From: Eledone cirrhosa
Lineage: Eukaryota
Length of the DNA: 64,000 nucleotides
Assembly (NCBI GenBank): GCA_964016885.1
Contig: OZ024757.1
Span: 11,966,001-12,030,000 of the forward strand
Reading direction: 5' to 3'
In this document: positions 1 to 11,987 of the stretch, piece after piece
How positions within the stretch are numbered: the stretch's first letter is position 1
How the letters are laid out: the number at the start of each line of letters is the position of its first letter
The notes under the pieces: model-generated
The model's database searches: none
What the model was told of the DNA's origin: nothing
Seen by the model: only the letters and a program-made list of their open reading frames with translations
Made by a program: the position numbers and the translations under genes

Positions 1-298
1 CGCTTTTCCCTGCTTGCTCATACAGGAACTGATTCTGGCTTGATTTCTACAGCTGGATGCCCTTCCTAACACCAACCTCATTTACAGTGAGTGCTGGGTA
101 CTTTTTTTCCGTGGCGCCTACACGTACACTTTTCAGTGTGGGCTGGGAGCTTTGTTTGCCGTGGCACCTCCAGGACCACTTTGCAGTGGAATGATAGGGA
201 CCCCAGTCCTATCATCTCATTTCTACAGCTGAGTAAACTGGAGCAATGTGAAATACAGTGTCTTGCTCAAGGAAACAACACATCACCCGGTCTGAGAA
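1..298 (-). mobile_element. tRNA-derived SINE with RTE-like 3' tail, head missing (same family as 24667-25002)
   Basis: The reverse complement matches the body (ttgagcaagacac, ttgctccagtttactcagctg) and tail (ggaagggcatccagctgtagaaatcaagccagaatcag) of the copy at 24667-25002. Confidence 0.75.
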
Positions 299-367
299 TA
301 TATATATAATTAAGTAGTGTATATATTATTTCTGTATACACACACACAAATATATATGTATGTGTAT

Positions 368-900
368 ATCATCATCATTTAACGTCTGTTATTTCACACT
401 TGATATGTTAGACAAGGTGTCATGTTATGAAACATGTCAGGTCATGTGAACATGTCTTGCTCACATGGATCTGTATTTTGGTTTGGTTTCTACAGCTGGA
501 TGCCCTTCCTAATGCCAACCACATTACAGTGTGGACTGGGTGAATGGTTAGGTGTAGGGAGAAGATTGGTGCAGATTAGTGTGTACTCTACATGTTTGTT
601 TCATATCATTTTACATGGGAGGTGGGGCAGGTCTTCTGCAGTACAGCATAATCCAGAGATCTCAATACTGTGTCGTCTCCTTTGAGTTTGTGTGAGGTCA
701 GCTTTTATCACTTCCTTCCATGTTTTCCTAGGTCTTCCTCTTCCAGAGTTACCATTAACTTTGAGAGCCCTAAATATATTTATACAGCTGTCACCCCCCA
801 TACACACCCCATACCACTACAATCTCCTCTCCTGAACACTACATCTGATCCCTCTTATGCCTAGTTTCTCTCTCAGTTCTCTCATGCTTTGACTATGTAG
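368..900 (-). mobile_element. Decayed RTE LINE 3' fragment
   Basis: Minus ORF 601-807 encodes the RTE C-terminal motif GRGRPRKTWKEVIKADL. The RTE-type 3'UTR and (CAT)n tail are at about 368. Confidence 0.7.
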
Positions 901-1303
901 TGGCTATGTCTTTACAGTTGTTGGATGCCCTTCCTAGTACCAACCACTTTTACAGTGTGGAACTGGGTGGCACTGTTATGGGGATTGTCTGGCCAGCTGG
1001 CTTTGCTGTACCCTGCTCACAGGGGGACCGTAATTTGGGGGCTGAGAGGTCCCATTATGAGGGATGTCAGGCCAATTGGTTGCACCATGCCTTGCACCTC
1101 GTGAGGTTCACTCTGGTCCTTTGTTGTATGTTGTAGTACCAGAGATCTCAGCCCTGTGTCATCTCCATTGAGAGGTTCAGCTGAGCCAGGTTGACCTTTT
1201 GTCATTACATCCTACTTCTGCTTAGGTCTTCCTCTTTTGAGGCACCCTACACCCTCGAGTTCCCTGTACCTTTTTATACAGATGTCATCCTTCATGTGCA
1301 TCA

Positions 1304-1471
<168 letters not shown>

Positions 1472-1607
1472 TCACCCAATAAAATAATTATTACATATCA
1501 ACGAAGCAGTCTCTTACCTTGTTACTCTATGTGCTAGAAATAGCAGCCAACTCACTTTTAAACGTTTTACATTAAGAGAATTACACATCTGGCTCTGTGT
1601 GTGTGTG

Positions 1608-2146
1608 TGTAGAAGGGAAGTTAGTGGTTGTTATGAAAGATGATAAACAAGACAAATACCAATAATTCTGGTTAGATATATAAGTTACTTCACTTCAGCA
1701 AAAAGGTAAACAAAACTGATTACTTCAAATCATAAATATAAAGTTTGATTGTAATATTTACAAATGAATATAGTGTTGTATAATAAGGCTTCTGTGTTGT
1801 GCTGGAGAATCTTTGTATAATATGCTATGTTTGATTAAAAATTGACATGTTGTAGTCAGACAGTATGTACCAGCAGAGGTAGTAGTAAGCAGTGGCAAGG
1901 GAGCTGTGTTGTTTATATGAAGAGGCAGATGACTGAGTTAGGACCACAGAACAGCCTATTTATAATGACAGCTAGTTATTTTTGATAAATAACAGATGGC
2001 TCCAGAATATGTTCTCCTTTGTAGAATGGTGATGTAAAACCTAGCCCCAGAAATTTTATCTGTTGTCTTCTCTGCGAGGTCACAGGTCACTTCTTGGTGG
2101 CCATGTCCATAAGAGAACACCGTGGGAAAACATTTCTTTCACTACA
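1608..2146. mobile_element. Possible solo LTR
   Basis: About 540 bp bounded by TGTAG...CTACA. No TSD recognised. Confidence 0.35.
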
Positions 2147-2699
2147 AACACATATATATATATTATCATCATCATCATCATCGTTTTAATGTCTGCTTAC
2201 CTTGCTAGTAAGGGATAGATGAGTATAGATAGACTAAGTCAGTACTGATGCATGGCTGCTGACCTTCCAGGATGGTTAGGAGTCTGTTATCTCTCTTATG
2301 TATGATCTCACATACTATCAAGTGCACAGGAGAGGTTTTCATGTCTTTAACACAAGTGAAGGGTCCTCCCAGCACTTTGTATGGCAAGCTTTCTATGGCT
2401 GGATACCCTTCCTAGCACCAACTGTATAGCATGTAGTGGGTGTGTTTATCTTGTAGATCACCAACACTAGGAACATTGTCCTGTCTTTGACACCACTGAA
2501 GGGTCCTCTTCACCTGTCTCCTGTCTTTTTCCATGAAGATGAGAACACCAAAGTGGTGGGGTGGCACTCACCAATGTCAGAAACGGGGAGGTGTAGTGAT
2601 GGGGAGAATAGCAGAGTGATAGTGAAGGGGGCATGGTAGCTACTAAGGTGTGATAGTGAAGGGTTCTAAGGGTTTATAGTGGGGACAGCAGCTAAGGAA

Positions 2700-3060
2700 T
2701 AAATACTAGAGGGAGGTGGCATGGATGGAGTGGGGGTATTTATTGGTGATGAGGGGAGCTGCTAGGGAGTACTAGTGGATGGGGCTTGGATGGAGTGGGA
2801 GTATTTAGTGGAGATGAGGAGAGCTGATAGGGAGTACTAGTGGAGGGGGCATGGATGGAGAGTGGGGGTATTTATTTGTGATGAGGGGAGCTGCTAGGGA
2901 GTACTAGTGGAGGGGGCATGGATGGAGTGTGGGTATTTAGTGGTGATAAGAGCTGCTAGGGAGTACTAGTGGAGGGGGCATGGATGGAGTGGGGGTATTT
3001 AGTGGAGATGAGGAGAGCTGCTAGGGAGTACTAGTGGAGGTGGGCATGGATGGAGTGCAT
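2700..3060. repeat. G-rich minisatellite, unit about 65 bp, about 6 copies
   Basis: Recurring gagtactagtggagggggcatggatggagt at about 2769, 2834, 2901, 2963 and 3028. Confidence 0.8.
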
Positions 3061-3202
3061 AACAGTGAGGGGAGTATCTACTAGATTGTGAATTGTGAGG
3101 GATTCTAGAGGTTTTGAAGGGGGCAGCAGATAAGGAGTGGGGGTGGTGTAGTGAGAAATACCTGTTAGGGAGTGCTAGGGAGAGGGAAGATAAGGGGATA
3201 GG

Positions 3203-3760
3203 TCAGGCCACACTGTATGCTGTTGACCAGGTCTTCACTATCATAACATAGTGCCAGCCCTTGTGGTCCTTTGTCATTTCTGTTGTGAGGTCTTTTAAGA
3301 TCTTCACACACTCATCCCATGTCTTCATGGGTCTGCCTCTTCCAATGGTCATAACCACATCAGTTTTTCTCCATTTCTTTATGCAGCTGCTATCTTTCAT
3401 ACACATAACATGTCCATACCAACGTAGTCTTCTCTCTAGCACACTACATCTACTTTCTCTTATACCCTCAATACTCTTATTCCCTCAATTTCCTAATGCT
3501 GCTCATCCATCAGAGCATACATATATATATAACACCAACACCTCCTCTATCTTCTGAGTCTCTATATCTTCTTCTTTACTGTGAAAAGTGTCAAACAAAA
3601 TATCTCTAAATGTGTTACTGGCTGAGGGCTCCTTTATCTTCCATATTCTTCTTCTCCAGGTTGCCCTCTGTCTCTGAGTTCCTATAGTCATAACTATAAA
3701 GTCACTAACTACTAGGTTACACACTCATGTCACAGGTATGTTTTTACCTTCCTCTATACC
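3203..3760 (-). mobile_element. Decayed RTE LINE fragments
   Basis: ORF 3203-3442 reads ERRLRWYGHVM...GRGRPMKTWDE. ORF 3503-3724 resembles the region after the endonuclease (RRRIWKIK). Confidence 0.7.
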
Positions 3761-3964
3761 CACTCTACTTCTTCACATCAATAGAGTACTCCCTTGATTT
3801 GTGGTCTCAGCACCGTAGACTTTAATCATCATCATTATCATCATCATCACTGTTGAACGTCCATTTTTCCATGCTAGCATGGGTTAGATGAGTTGTCCTA
3901 TTGTGAGACAATTCAGATCAGATGACCGTGTCTTGGTTTCCATGACTGGATGCCCTTCATAACG

Positions 3965-4520
3965 CCAACTACATTTGCAGTGTGTACTGGGTGCTTTCTG
4001 CAGTATCACCAAAATGACTACTTTACAGTGTGGACTGGACACTATCATGTCACCAACATGACTACTTTACAGTGTGGACTGGGTACTATCATGGCACCAA
4101 AATGACAACTTTACAGTGTGGACTGGTTACTATCATGGCATCAACATGACTACTTTACAGTGTGGACTGGTTACTATCATGGCACCAACATGACTACTTT
4201 ACAGTGTGGACTCGGTACTATCATGGCACCAACATGACTACTTTACAGTGTTGACTCGGTACTATCATGGCACCAACATGACTACTTTACAGTGTGGACT
4301 GGGTACTATCATGGCACCAACATGACTACTTTACAGTGTGGACTGGGTACTATCATGGCACCAACATGACTACTTTACAGTGTGGACTGGGTACTATCAT
4401 GGCACCAACATGACTACTTTACAGTGTGGACTGGGTACTATCATGGCACCAACATGACTACTTTACAGTGTGGACTGGGTACTATTTATTGTGGCAACAA
4501 GACGACCACATTATAGTGTA
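3965..4520. repeat. 44-bp minisatellite (about 12 copies) derived from an RTE/SINE 3' tail
   Basis: Unit caacatgactactttacagtgtggactgggtactatcatggcac with period 44 (4321 to 4365). The core matches the tail motif ccaaccacattacagtgtggactggg. Confidence 0.85.
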
Positions 4521-4949
4521 GACTATAGGCTGGGATGGGGGAGGTGCATGGGATTGATCTAATGTGGAGCACTTACCTGGTGAAGGGTGGAGTGTTAGGG
4601 TGCATGTGGAGTGTTAGGACATGGGTAGAGGGAGGTGTATTAGGCCGTGGGAATTGGGTGAAAGGGGGAGGGCATGGTAGGATGTGCATACTAGATGTAT
4701 ACTTTAACCATGCCTATTGGAGGGCAAGTCCTCAGTATAACTACATAACGCCAGATATCTCAATCCTGTGTCATCGCATTTGAGATGTGTAATTGTGCAA
4801 AGTCAGCTTTTATCACCTCATCCCAAGTCTACTCCATAGCTTCCATCAACTTTGAGTAACATGCACCTTTGTATACTGCCGTCAACCTTTATACACATCA
4901 CATGTCCATATCAATGTAATCTCCTCTCCTGCATACAGCATCATATATA

Positions 4950-7560
4950 TATCATCACCATCATTATCCTTTTTACAACAGTTTTCCAATACTTGCATGG
5001 GTTTGATGGGTCCATTTCAGCACAACATCTCTCCACTTTCCCCATTCCGATGTCATCTCCTCTGTGAATCTCAGTAATTTGAGATCAGCTTTCATCACCT
5101 CTGTCCAGGTCTTTCTTGGTCTACTTCTACTGTAGCTTTGTTCCTCTGGGATTCCATGGCACTTCTTCACCCAATGATCATCATCTATGTACATCAAATG
5201 TCCGTACCAACACACTCTTCTGTCTTGCACACCACTTCGGATTCCTCTTAAACCCAGTTTCTCCCTCAGTTCATCCAAGCTCTGTCTTTCTTGCACATCC
5301 ACTGAAGCATGGCTGCTTCATTTCTTTCAAGACAATGCATATCCTCGGCAGACACTGCCCATGATTCACTACCATGTAGCACCACATATCCTCGGCAGTC
5401 ACTGCTCATGTTTCACTACCATGTAGCACCACATGTCCTCTGCAGTCACAGCCCATGTTTCACTACAATGTAGCACCACATGTCCTCTGCAGTCACTGCC
5501 CATGTTTCACTAACATGTAGCACCACATATCCTCGGCAGTCACAGCACATGTTTTACTACCATGTAGCACCACATGTCCTCTGCAGTCACAGCCCATGTT
5601 TCACTACCATGTAGCACCACATATCCTCTGCAGTCACTGCCCTTGTTTCACTACCATGTAGCACCACATATCCTCTGCAGTCACTGCCCTTGTTTCACTA
5701 CCATGTAGCACCACATATCCTCTGCAGTCACTGCCCATGTTTCACTACCATGTAGCACCACATATCCTCGGCAGTCACAGCACATGTTTTACTACCATGT
5801 AGCACCACATATCCTCTGCAGTCACAGCCCATGTTTCACTACCATATAGCACCACATATCCTCTGCAGTCACTGCCCTTGTTTCACTACCATGTAGCACC
5901 ACATATCCTCTGCAGTCACTGCCCTTGTTTCACTACCATGTAGCACCACATATCCTCTGCAGTCACTGCCCATGTTTCACTACCATGTAGCACCACATAT
6001 CTTCGGCAGTCACAGCACATGTTTTACTACTATGTAGCACCACATGTCCTCTGCAGTCACAGCCCATGTTTCACTACCATGTAGCACGACATATCCTCTG
6101 CAGTCACTGCCCTTGTTTCACTACCATGTAGCACCACATATCCTCGGCAGTCACTGCTCATGTTTCACTACCATGTAGCACCACATGTTCTCTGCAGTCA
6201 CAGCCCATGTTTCACTACAATGTAGCACCACATGTCCTCTGCAGTCACTGCCCATGTTTCACTAACATGTAGCACCACATATCCTCGGCAGTCACAGCAC
6301 ATGTTTTACTACCATGTAGCACCACATGTCCTCTGCAGTCACAGCCCATGTTTCACTACCATGTAGCACCACATATCCTCTGCAGTCACTGCCCTTGTTT
6401 CACTACCATGTAGCACCACATATCCTCTGCAGTCACAGCCCATGTTTCACTTCCATGTAGCACCACATATCCTCTGCAGTCACTGCCCATGTTTCACTAC
6501 CATGTAGCACCACATATCCTCTGCAGTCACTGCCCTGTTTCACTACCATGTAGAACCACATACCCTCTGTAGTTACTGCCCATGTTTCACTACCATGTAG
6601 CACTACATATACTCTGCAGTCACAGCACATGTTTCACTACCATGTAGCACCACATATCCTCTTCAGTCACTGCTCATGTTTCACTACCATGTAGCACCAC
6701 ATGTCCTCTGCAGTCACTGCCCATGTTTCACTATCATGTAGCACCACATATCCTCTGCAGTCAGAGCCCATGTTTCACTACCATGTAGCACCACATGTCC
6801 TCTGCAGCCACTGCCCATGCTTCATTACCATGTAGCACCACATGTCCTCTTCAGTCAGAGCCCATGTTTCACTACCATGTAGCACCACATATCCTCTGCA
6901 GTCATAGCCCATGTTTCACTACCATGTAGCACCAGATCTCCTCTGCAGTCACTGTCCAAGTTTCACTACCATGTAGCACCACATATTCTCTGCAGTCACT
7001 GTCCATGTTTCACTACCATGTAGCACCACATGTCCTCTGCAGTCATTGCCCATGTTTCACTACCATGTAGCACCACAATTCATACACATACATCATACAG
7101 TCATCCTTTTGTAGATAGGGAGAAAACATTTATCAACAGTGGGAGTAGCTTTCTAAACTTCCCCCATCCTCTCCTTATTCTAGCTATTATGTTCTCAGGG
7201 TACCCTCCTCTGCTACTAATGAAGTCACCTAGATAACAGAAGCTATCAGCCACTTCTATGGATCCTTCCCGTCATTGGAATAGGCTTATATCATTGACGC
7301 TCTTCTCAATTACCCCTGTGTATCTTTTACATACAAAATCTTCCCTTCCTGTTAGCCAACCCGATATCCCACTACATCACTTGTGTATCCAAGATTTACA
7401 TTGTGTACATTCTGTAGAGTTTATGCCTACTTCTTTTCTAAATATTGAACAGGACCACTTCCCCATGGGAATCAAGGTCCTGTCTTCTTCCTACTTACTA
7501 TTATATTAGTTTTGGCTAAGTTTTCTCTCAAACCTTTTGATTCCAACTTCTGTTTCTGTA
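4950..7560 (-). mobile_element. RTE LINE fragment (end of RT to C-terminus) interrupted by a minisatellite expansion
   Basis: ORF 4973-5302 reads LREKLGLRGIR...CWYGHLM...RPRKTW. Beyond 7080 the minus strand continues RTE sequence (FCYLGD, WGKFRKLLPL). Confidence 0.75.
5339..7077. repeat. 47-bp minisatellite (about 37 copies) amplified from RTE coding sequence
   Basis: Unit catgtagcaccacatatcctctgcagtcactgcccatgtttcactac with period 47 (5373 to 5420). Its minus strand encodes the RTE motif VLHGSETWAVTAEDM. Confidence 0.9.
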
Positions 7561-7706
7561 GAAAAGCCATACCAGAATGTATTGAATTATATTGGGGACT
7601 TTTAAAGTATCACACCGGTAAGGGAGGTGAAACATTGTCAACAACACCAGGTACCTGCTGTCTTCATTATAACTTTAATTAATCTAATTATATATTGTGT
7701 AACAAT

Positions 7707-7742
<36 letters not shown>

Positions 7743-8208
7743 GAGAGAGAGATATATATATATATATACACACAATTGTCTTTCCCCGACATCAGTCTTA
7801 CACTGTCATATCTATTCTTACTTTACAATTGTGTCTACTAAGAGTTCCATTACAATCTGTAGTAGTAAAACTTCTATTTCACCAGAACATCTGCTATCAG
7901 TCATTTATAGACAATATATATATTTTAGTCAACATATCAACCTAATATTTATATTTCCTATCAAATCTGTAGCTAAAGACATAAAGTCAGCCTCACTACT
8001 TCATTCTGACAAGATATCAATTTATGACTAAAGATGAAGAAGATACACCAACGTTAATGTCGTGAAATAAAGCTAACATCTTTGAAACTTCTAATTTGAT
8101 AACAAAGAGATTATTTCTTTGGTTGTTTAGTAACAACTAACAACACAACACATTGATTATATCTGAAGGAGGTAAGTTGACAAAGATTTACTTGAAGTCT
8201 ATAATAAT

Positions 8209-8383
8209 TGATTCTACTGTTGGCACAGGGCCAGCAATTACCCAGTACATTATTGGTACTTTATTTTATCGACCCCGTAAGGATGAAAGGCAAAGTTAAC
8301 CTCAACGGGATTTGAACATAAAGGGATGAAACTATGCTAGAAAGCATGGCGTCCAACCCTCTACCGATACTGCCAATTCACCG
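8209..8383 (-). mobile_element. SINE (second family) with 17-bp TSD
   Basis: Flanked by ttgaagtctataataat at 8192-8208 and 8384-8400. Homologous to 25281-25467. Confidence 0.8.
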
Positions 8384-8399
8384 TTGAAGTCTATAATAA

Positions 8400-8760
8400 T
8401 GATAGCCACAAATACTAACTGCTATACTGTACATTAGATAATGTAGTCCTAGATACACTATGATAGCGACTATACTGTACATTAGATAATGTAGTTCTAG
8501 GTACACTATGTCCGATAGCCTCTATACTGTACATGAGATAATGTAGTCCTAGATACACTATGTCTGATAGCTACTATACGGTACATTAGATAATGTAGTC
8601 CTAGATACACTATTTTTGATAGCCATTAATACTAATTTCTATACTGTACATAAGATAATGTAGTCCTAGATAAACTATGTCTTATAGCCACTAATACTAA
8701 CTACTATACTGTACATTAGATAATGTAGTCCTAGATACACTATGTCTGATAGTCACTAGT
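8400..8760. repeat. Minisatellite, unit about 50-62 bp, about 6 copies
   Basis: Repeated tatactgtacattagataatgtagtcctagatacactatg. Confidence 0.8.
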
Positions 8761-8943
8761 ATATACGTAGTTCTCAGGGAGATTCAGCGAGATGTATGAC
8801 ATGGCTTCCCTTTGAAATACATGTAGAACCCATGTTATATTATAATGTGTGAGTATTTTATTGATACGTATACCGTTGACATTGTTCTCAGGGAGATTCA
8901 GTGTGACAATTCTATGTAACAACGTTTCCACTATAATTACTGG

Positions 8944-9621
8944 TATAGCGAAAATACTCGTGTGTATGAATGTAACAAAGAGACATTGTTTGTGTGTATA
9001 ATATTTAATCAACAATTTAACAGTATAGTTGACATGTCAATGAATAAACGAAAGAATGAAGCAAAGTTAGTAGTTACCGTTTTGATTGCCAGGCAAACGC
9101 AGGCTGGCAGAAGACGCCTGGCGAAGGCCAGGCGCCGGTAGGGCAAATGAGAGGGTGAGAACTTAAAGTTGTTACTTTTATAGGGTTCTGATCGGAAGTT
9201 ACAGAAAGGGTTCTACTTCCCGTCTAGATGTTGTTAATCTATTGGGGTTGTGAGTCACAACAAGGGAGGCAACTGCTACATAACCTCCCGCCAGAATTTT
9301 AGAATATAAAAATCGAATGAAATATGTAGCAAGTTGGCGAGAATGTTGTAACAGGCATGAAAATTACGACAAAAGAATGTTTGCAAAAATCAATGATAGA
9401 TATCAAGGTAGCCAACCGCTCTTGGCCAGAGAACGACTGGACATCTATTTATCCATCACCCAAAGATACAATGTAATAAAGTAAGAGAAGAGCTCAAAGT
9501 TCAAATGTACAAAATATAGTTCACAGGTGTGCAATCACATGACAGCAGGAAAGAAAGTTCCCGTCTAGATGTTGTTAATCTATTGGGGTTGTGAGTCACA
9601 ACAAGGGAGGCAACTGCTACA
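8944..9621 (-). mobile_element. Internally deleted LTR retrotransposon: partial 5' LTR, purine-rich primer region, complete 337-bp 3' LTR
   Basis: Minus-strand termini TGTAGC...GCTATA. A 64-bp direct repeat ends at 9280 and 9621. ggcgggaggtta precedes the LTR. 4-bp TSD ctgg at 8940-8943 and 9622-9625. Confidence 0.6.
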
Positions 9622-9785
9622 CTGGTACAACTTATTATTTTTCCAGCTGGGTGAAATAAAACAATGAGAAATAAAGTGTCTTGTTCAAGGCCTCAACGTA
9701 CTGACCGCCCGGTCTGGGATTCGAACTCAGGAACCATACGTTCATGTAATGCGTGCTATCACCCCCTAAACCCGGTGTCCTCCAC
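9622..9785 (-). mobile_element. tRNA-derived SINE head and body, interrupted by the LTR element
   Basis: Minus-strand B-box gagttcgaatccc followed by ttgaacaagacacttt, like the SINE at 24667. Confidence 0.55.
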
Positions 9786-9991
9786 ATAAAATACACCGGA
9801 ATGACTTAATCCAGATTAATTCACGAGCAAGAATTACAATAAGTCGCTGACAGTGATCTCCCTTGGCTGACTTAAAACTCTTTTCTTCTTCCATTAGAAA
9901 TTAATTTGTTTCATGTCCGACTGAAAGACTCTGGAGTTTTTACCTGTCTGGGGTTTAATTAATGAAGAATTTTGAGGTATTTATAACAATT

Positions 9992-10613
9992 ATTGGCAGT
10001 GTCATGGTATTAGCTGTCAGAAGTGAAAGTAGAAGAAGGTGACGTCATTCGTCAACCTTCTCAATCCTTTATTTCCGTATCACTATTCCCTTTATTTATG
10101 TTTAGGATTTTCTAAGAGATACGTTTACGATGAGATACACTTATTAAACAATATATGGGGACCAAATAACCCCGTAATTTTCGAGAGAAACGATAATATA
10201 CAATCTTATTTAACATGTGTATTAAAAACTACACTAGCTGTTACAATTGTAATTAATGTGTAAGAACTTAAATGAAAATATAGGTGACCCTTAAAAGGGC
10301 CGGTGTTGAAACAAGTCATGGTTATCAAATTAGAAAACAAATTTAAGTTCAACACCGGCCCTTTTAAGGGCCACCTATATTTTCATTTAAGTTCTTACAC
10401 GTTAATTATAATTGTAACAGCTAGTGTAGTTTTTAATGCACATGTTAAATAAGATTGTATATTATCGTTTCTCTCGAAAATTACGGGGTTATTTGGTCCC
10501 CATAAATGAAATCATAAACGTAAATAAACGGAATAGTGATACGGAAATAAAGGATTGAGAAGGTTGACGAATGACGTCACCTTTCTGACAGCTAATACCA
10601 CGACAGTGCCCAA
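9992..10613. repeat. Long inverted repeat (arms about 9992-10310 and 10348-10613)
   Basis: The arms are near-identical reverse complements, with two deletions in the right arm and a spacer of about 37 bp. Confidence 0.9.
10357..10375 (+). promoter_or_regulatory. Histone mRNA 3'-end-like stem-loop (orphan)
   Basis: GGCCCT-TTTA-AGGGCC-ACC: 6-bp stem, 4-nt U-rich loop, ACC flank. No histone ORF is adjacent. Confidence 0.4.
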
Positions 10614-10909
10614 TTATTAATTATTTCATTACTGAGATATCATTGGAAGGATTTACTAAAGATTTTAATTATTAATTATTTTATTAGTAACATAACAGTT
10701 GGAAGATTTTAGGAAGAAGCTATGTAGCCGGTGCCGGTAAAATAGACTCCCAGGCTATGTAGCCGGTAAGAGTGTCAGACACCACGTGTTGCGGCCCTTT
10801 ATGGTCTGAGTTACGACAATTTAAAATCTTTTCCACCATCAATTATTAAAAAACAAGTTAAAATCATTTAGTCGTCCATTCGTAAAGTACGTTATACTTT
10901 ACTTATATA

Positions 10910-11270
10910 TACATCTACTGTGTTACATACACACACATCTACTGTGTTATATATACACACATCTACTGTTACATACAGGCACATCTACTGTGTTACATAC
11001 ACACACATCTACTGTGTTATATATACACACACATCTAGTGTGTTACATACACATATATCTACTGTGTTACACACACGCACATCTACTGAGTTACATACAC
11101 ACATATATTGAGTTACATACACACACATCTACTGAGGTACATACACACACACATCTACTTGGTTACATACACACACACATCTACTTGGTTACATACACAC
11201 ACACACATCTACTGTGTTACATACACACACATCTACTGGGTTACACACACACACACATCTACTCATACAT
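10910..11270. repeat. Minisatellite catctactgtgttacatacacaca (about 24 bp)
   Basis: Direct tandem periodicity. Confidence 0.8.
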
Positions 11271-11987
11271 ATTCATAAACAGACACACAATACAAAATAA
11301 TTATTACATACACACACATCTATGTAATGATTGAGAAAGGAAGGAGCTGGTGAAACGCTATAGCGATGTGTGTGTTGCGTACTTTTCAGGTTTACCGGCT
11401 TCGTAGCCTATTTGAAGATTTTATTATAATTATGAACCTTGTATTTCAATTAATTATGACTAATTTTGAGCTATTTATCACAATTGTTAGTTAATTACTA
11501 ACATAGTAACTTAACATATGGTTGTTATAGAGAATTTCGTTGGAAGACTTTAATTTAGATAGGAACCATTTCCATAGAACGAGAATCAGTTTTCGCTGGG
11601 TTTCCACCAAAAGGGTTAATGAAGAATGTTGAACAATTTACTAAAATTATTAATTATTTCATTACTATGATAATGTGTGAATACACAATTATATATGTGT
11701 GTGTGTATATATATAAACAGTATATATATACTATACAAAAGATGTAGTGGGATAATGAGTAGTCTTAAGACAAGTCTGTCAAGATAGCTGCGCTGTAACT
11801 TACACTTATTGGGACTGTGTGTTGGCTAGCAGGCCTGTATTTTGGGATCTAACTGGTCCATTATGAGGGAGGTCTGGTTAGTTGGCAGCACCATGCCTTG
11901 CTTGTGGTATAGGTATAGAAATAAGTTATTGTATATGTATAACTGTCCATCTATATGTATACATGTACATTTAAGTATGTGTTTACA

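Noticed and set aside
3965-7077. 44-bp and 47-bp repeat arrays as CRISPR arrays
   Set aside because: No unique spacers, no cas genes, eukaryotic context. The units derive from LINE/SINE sequence.
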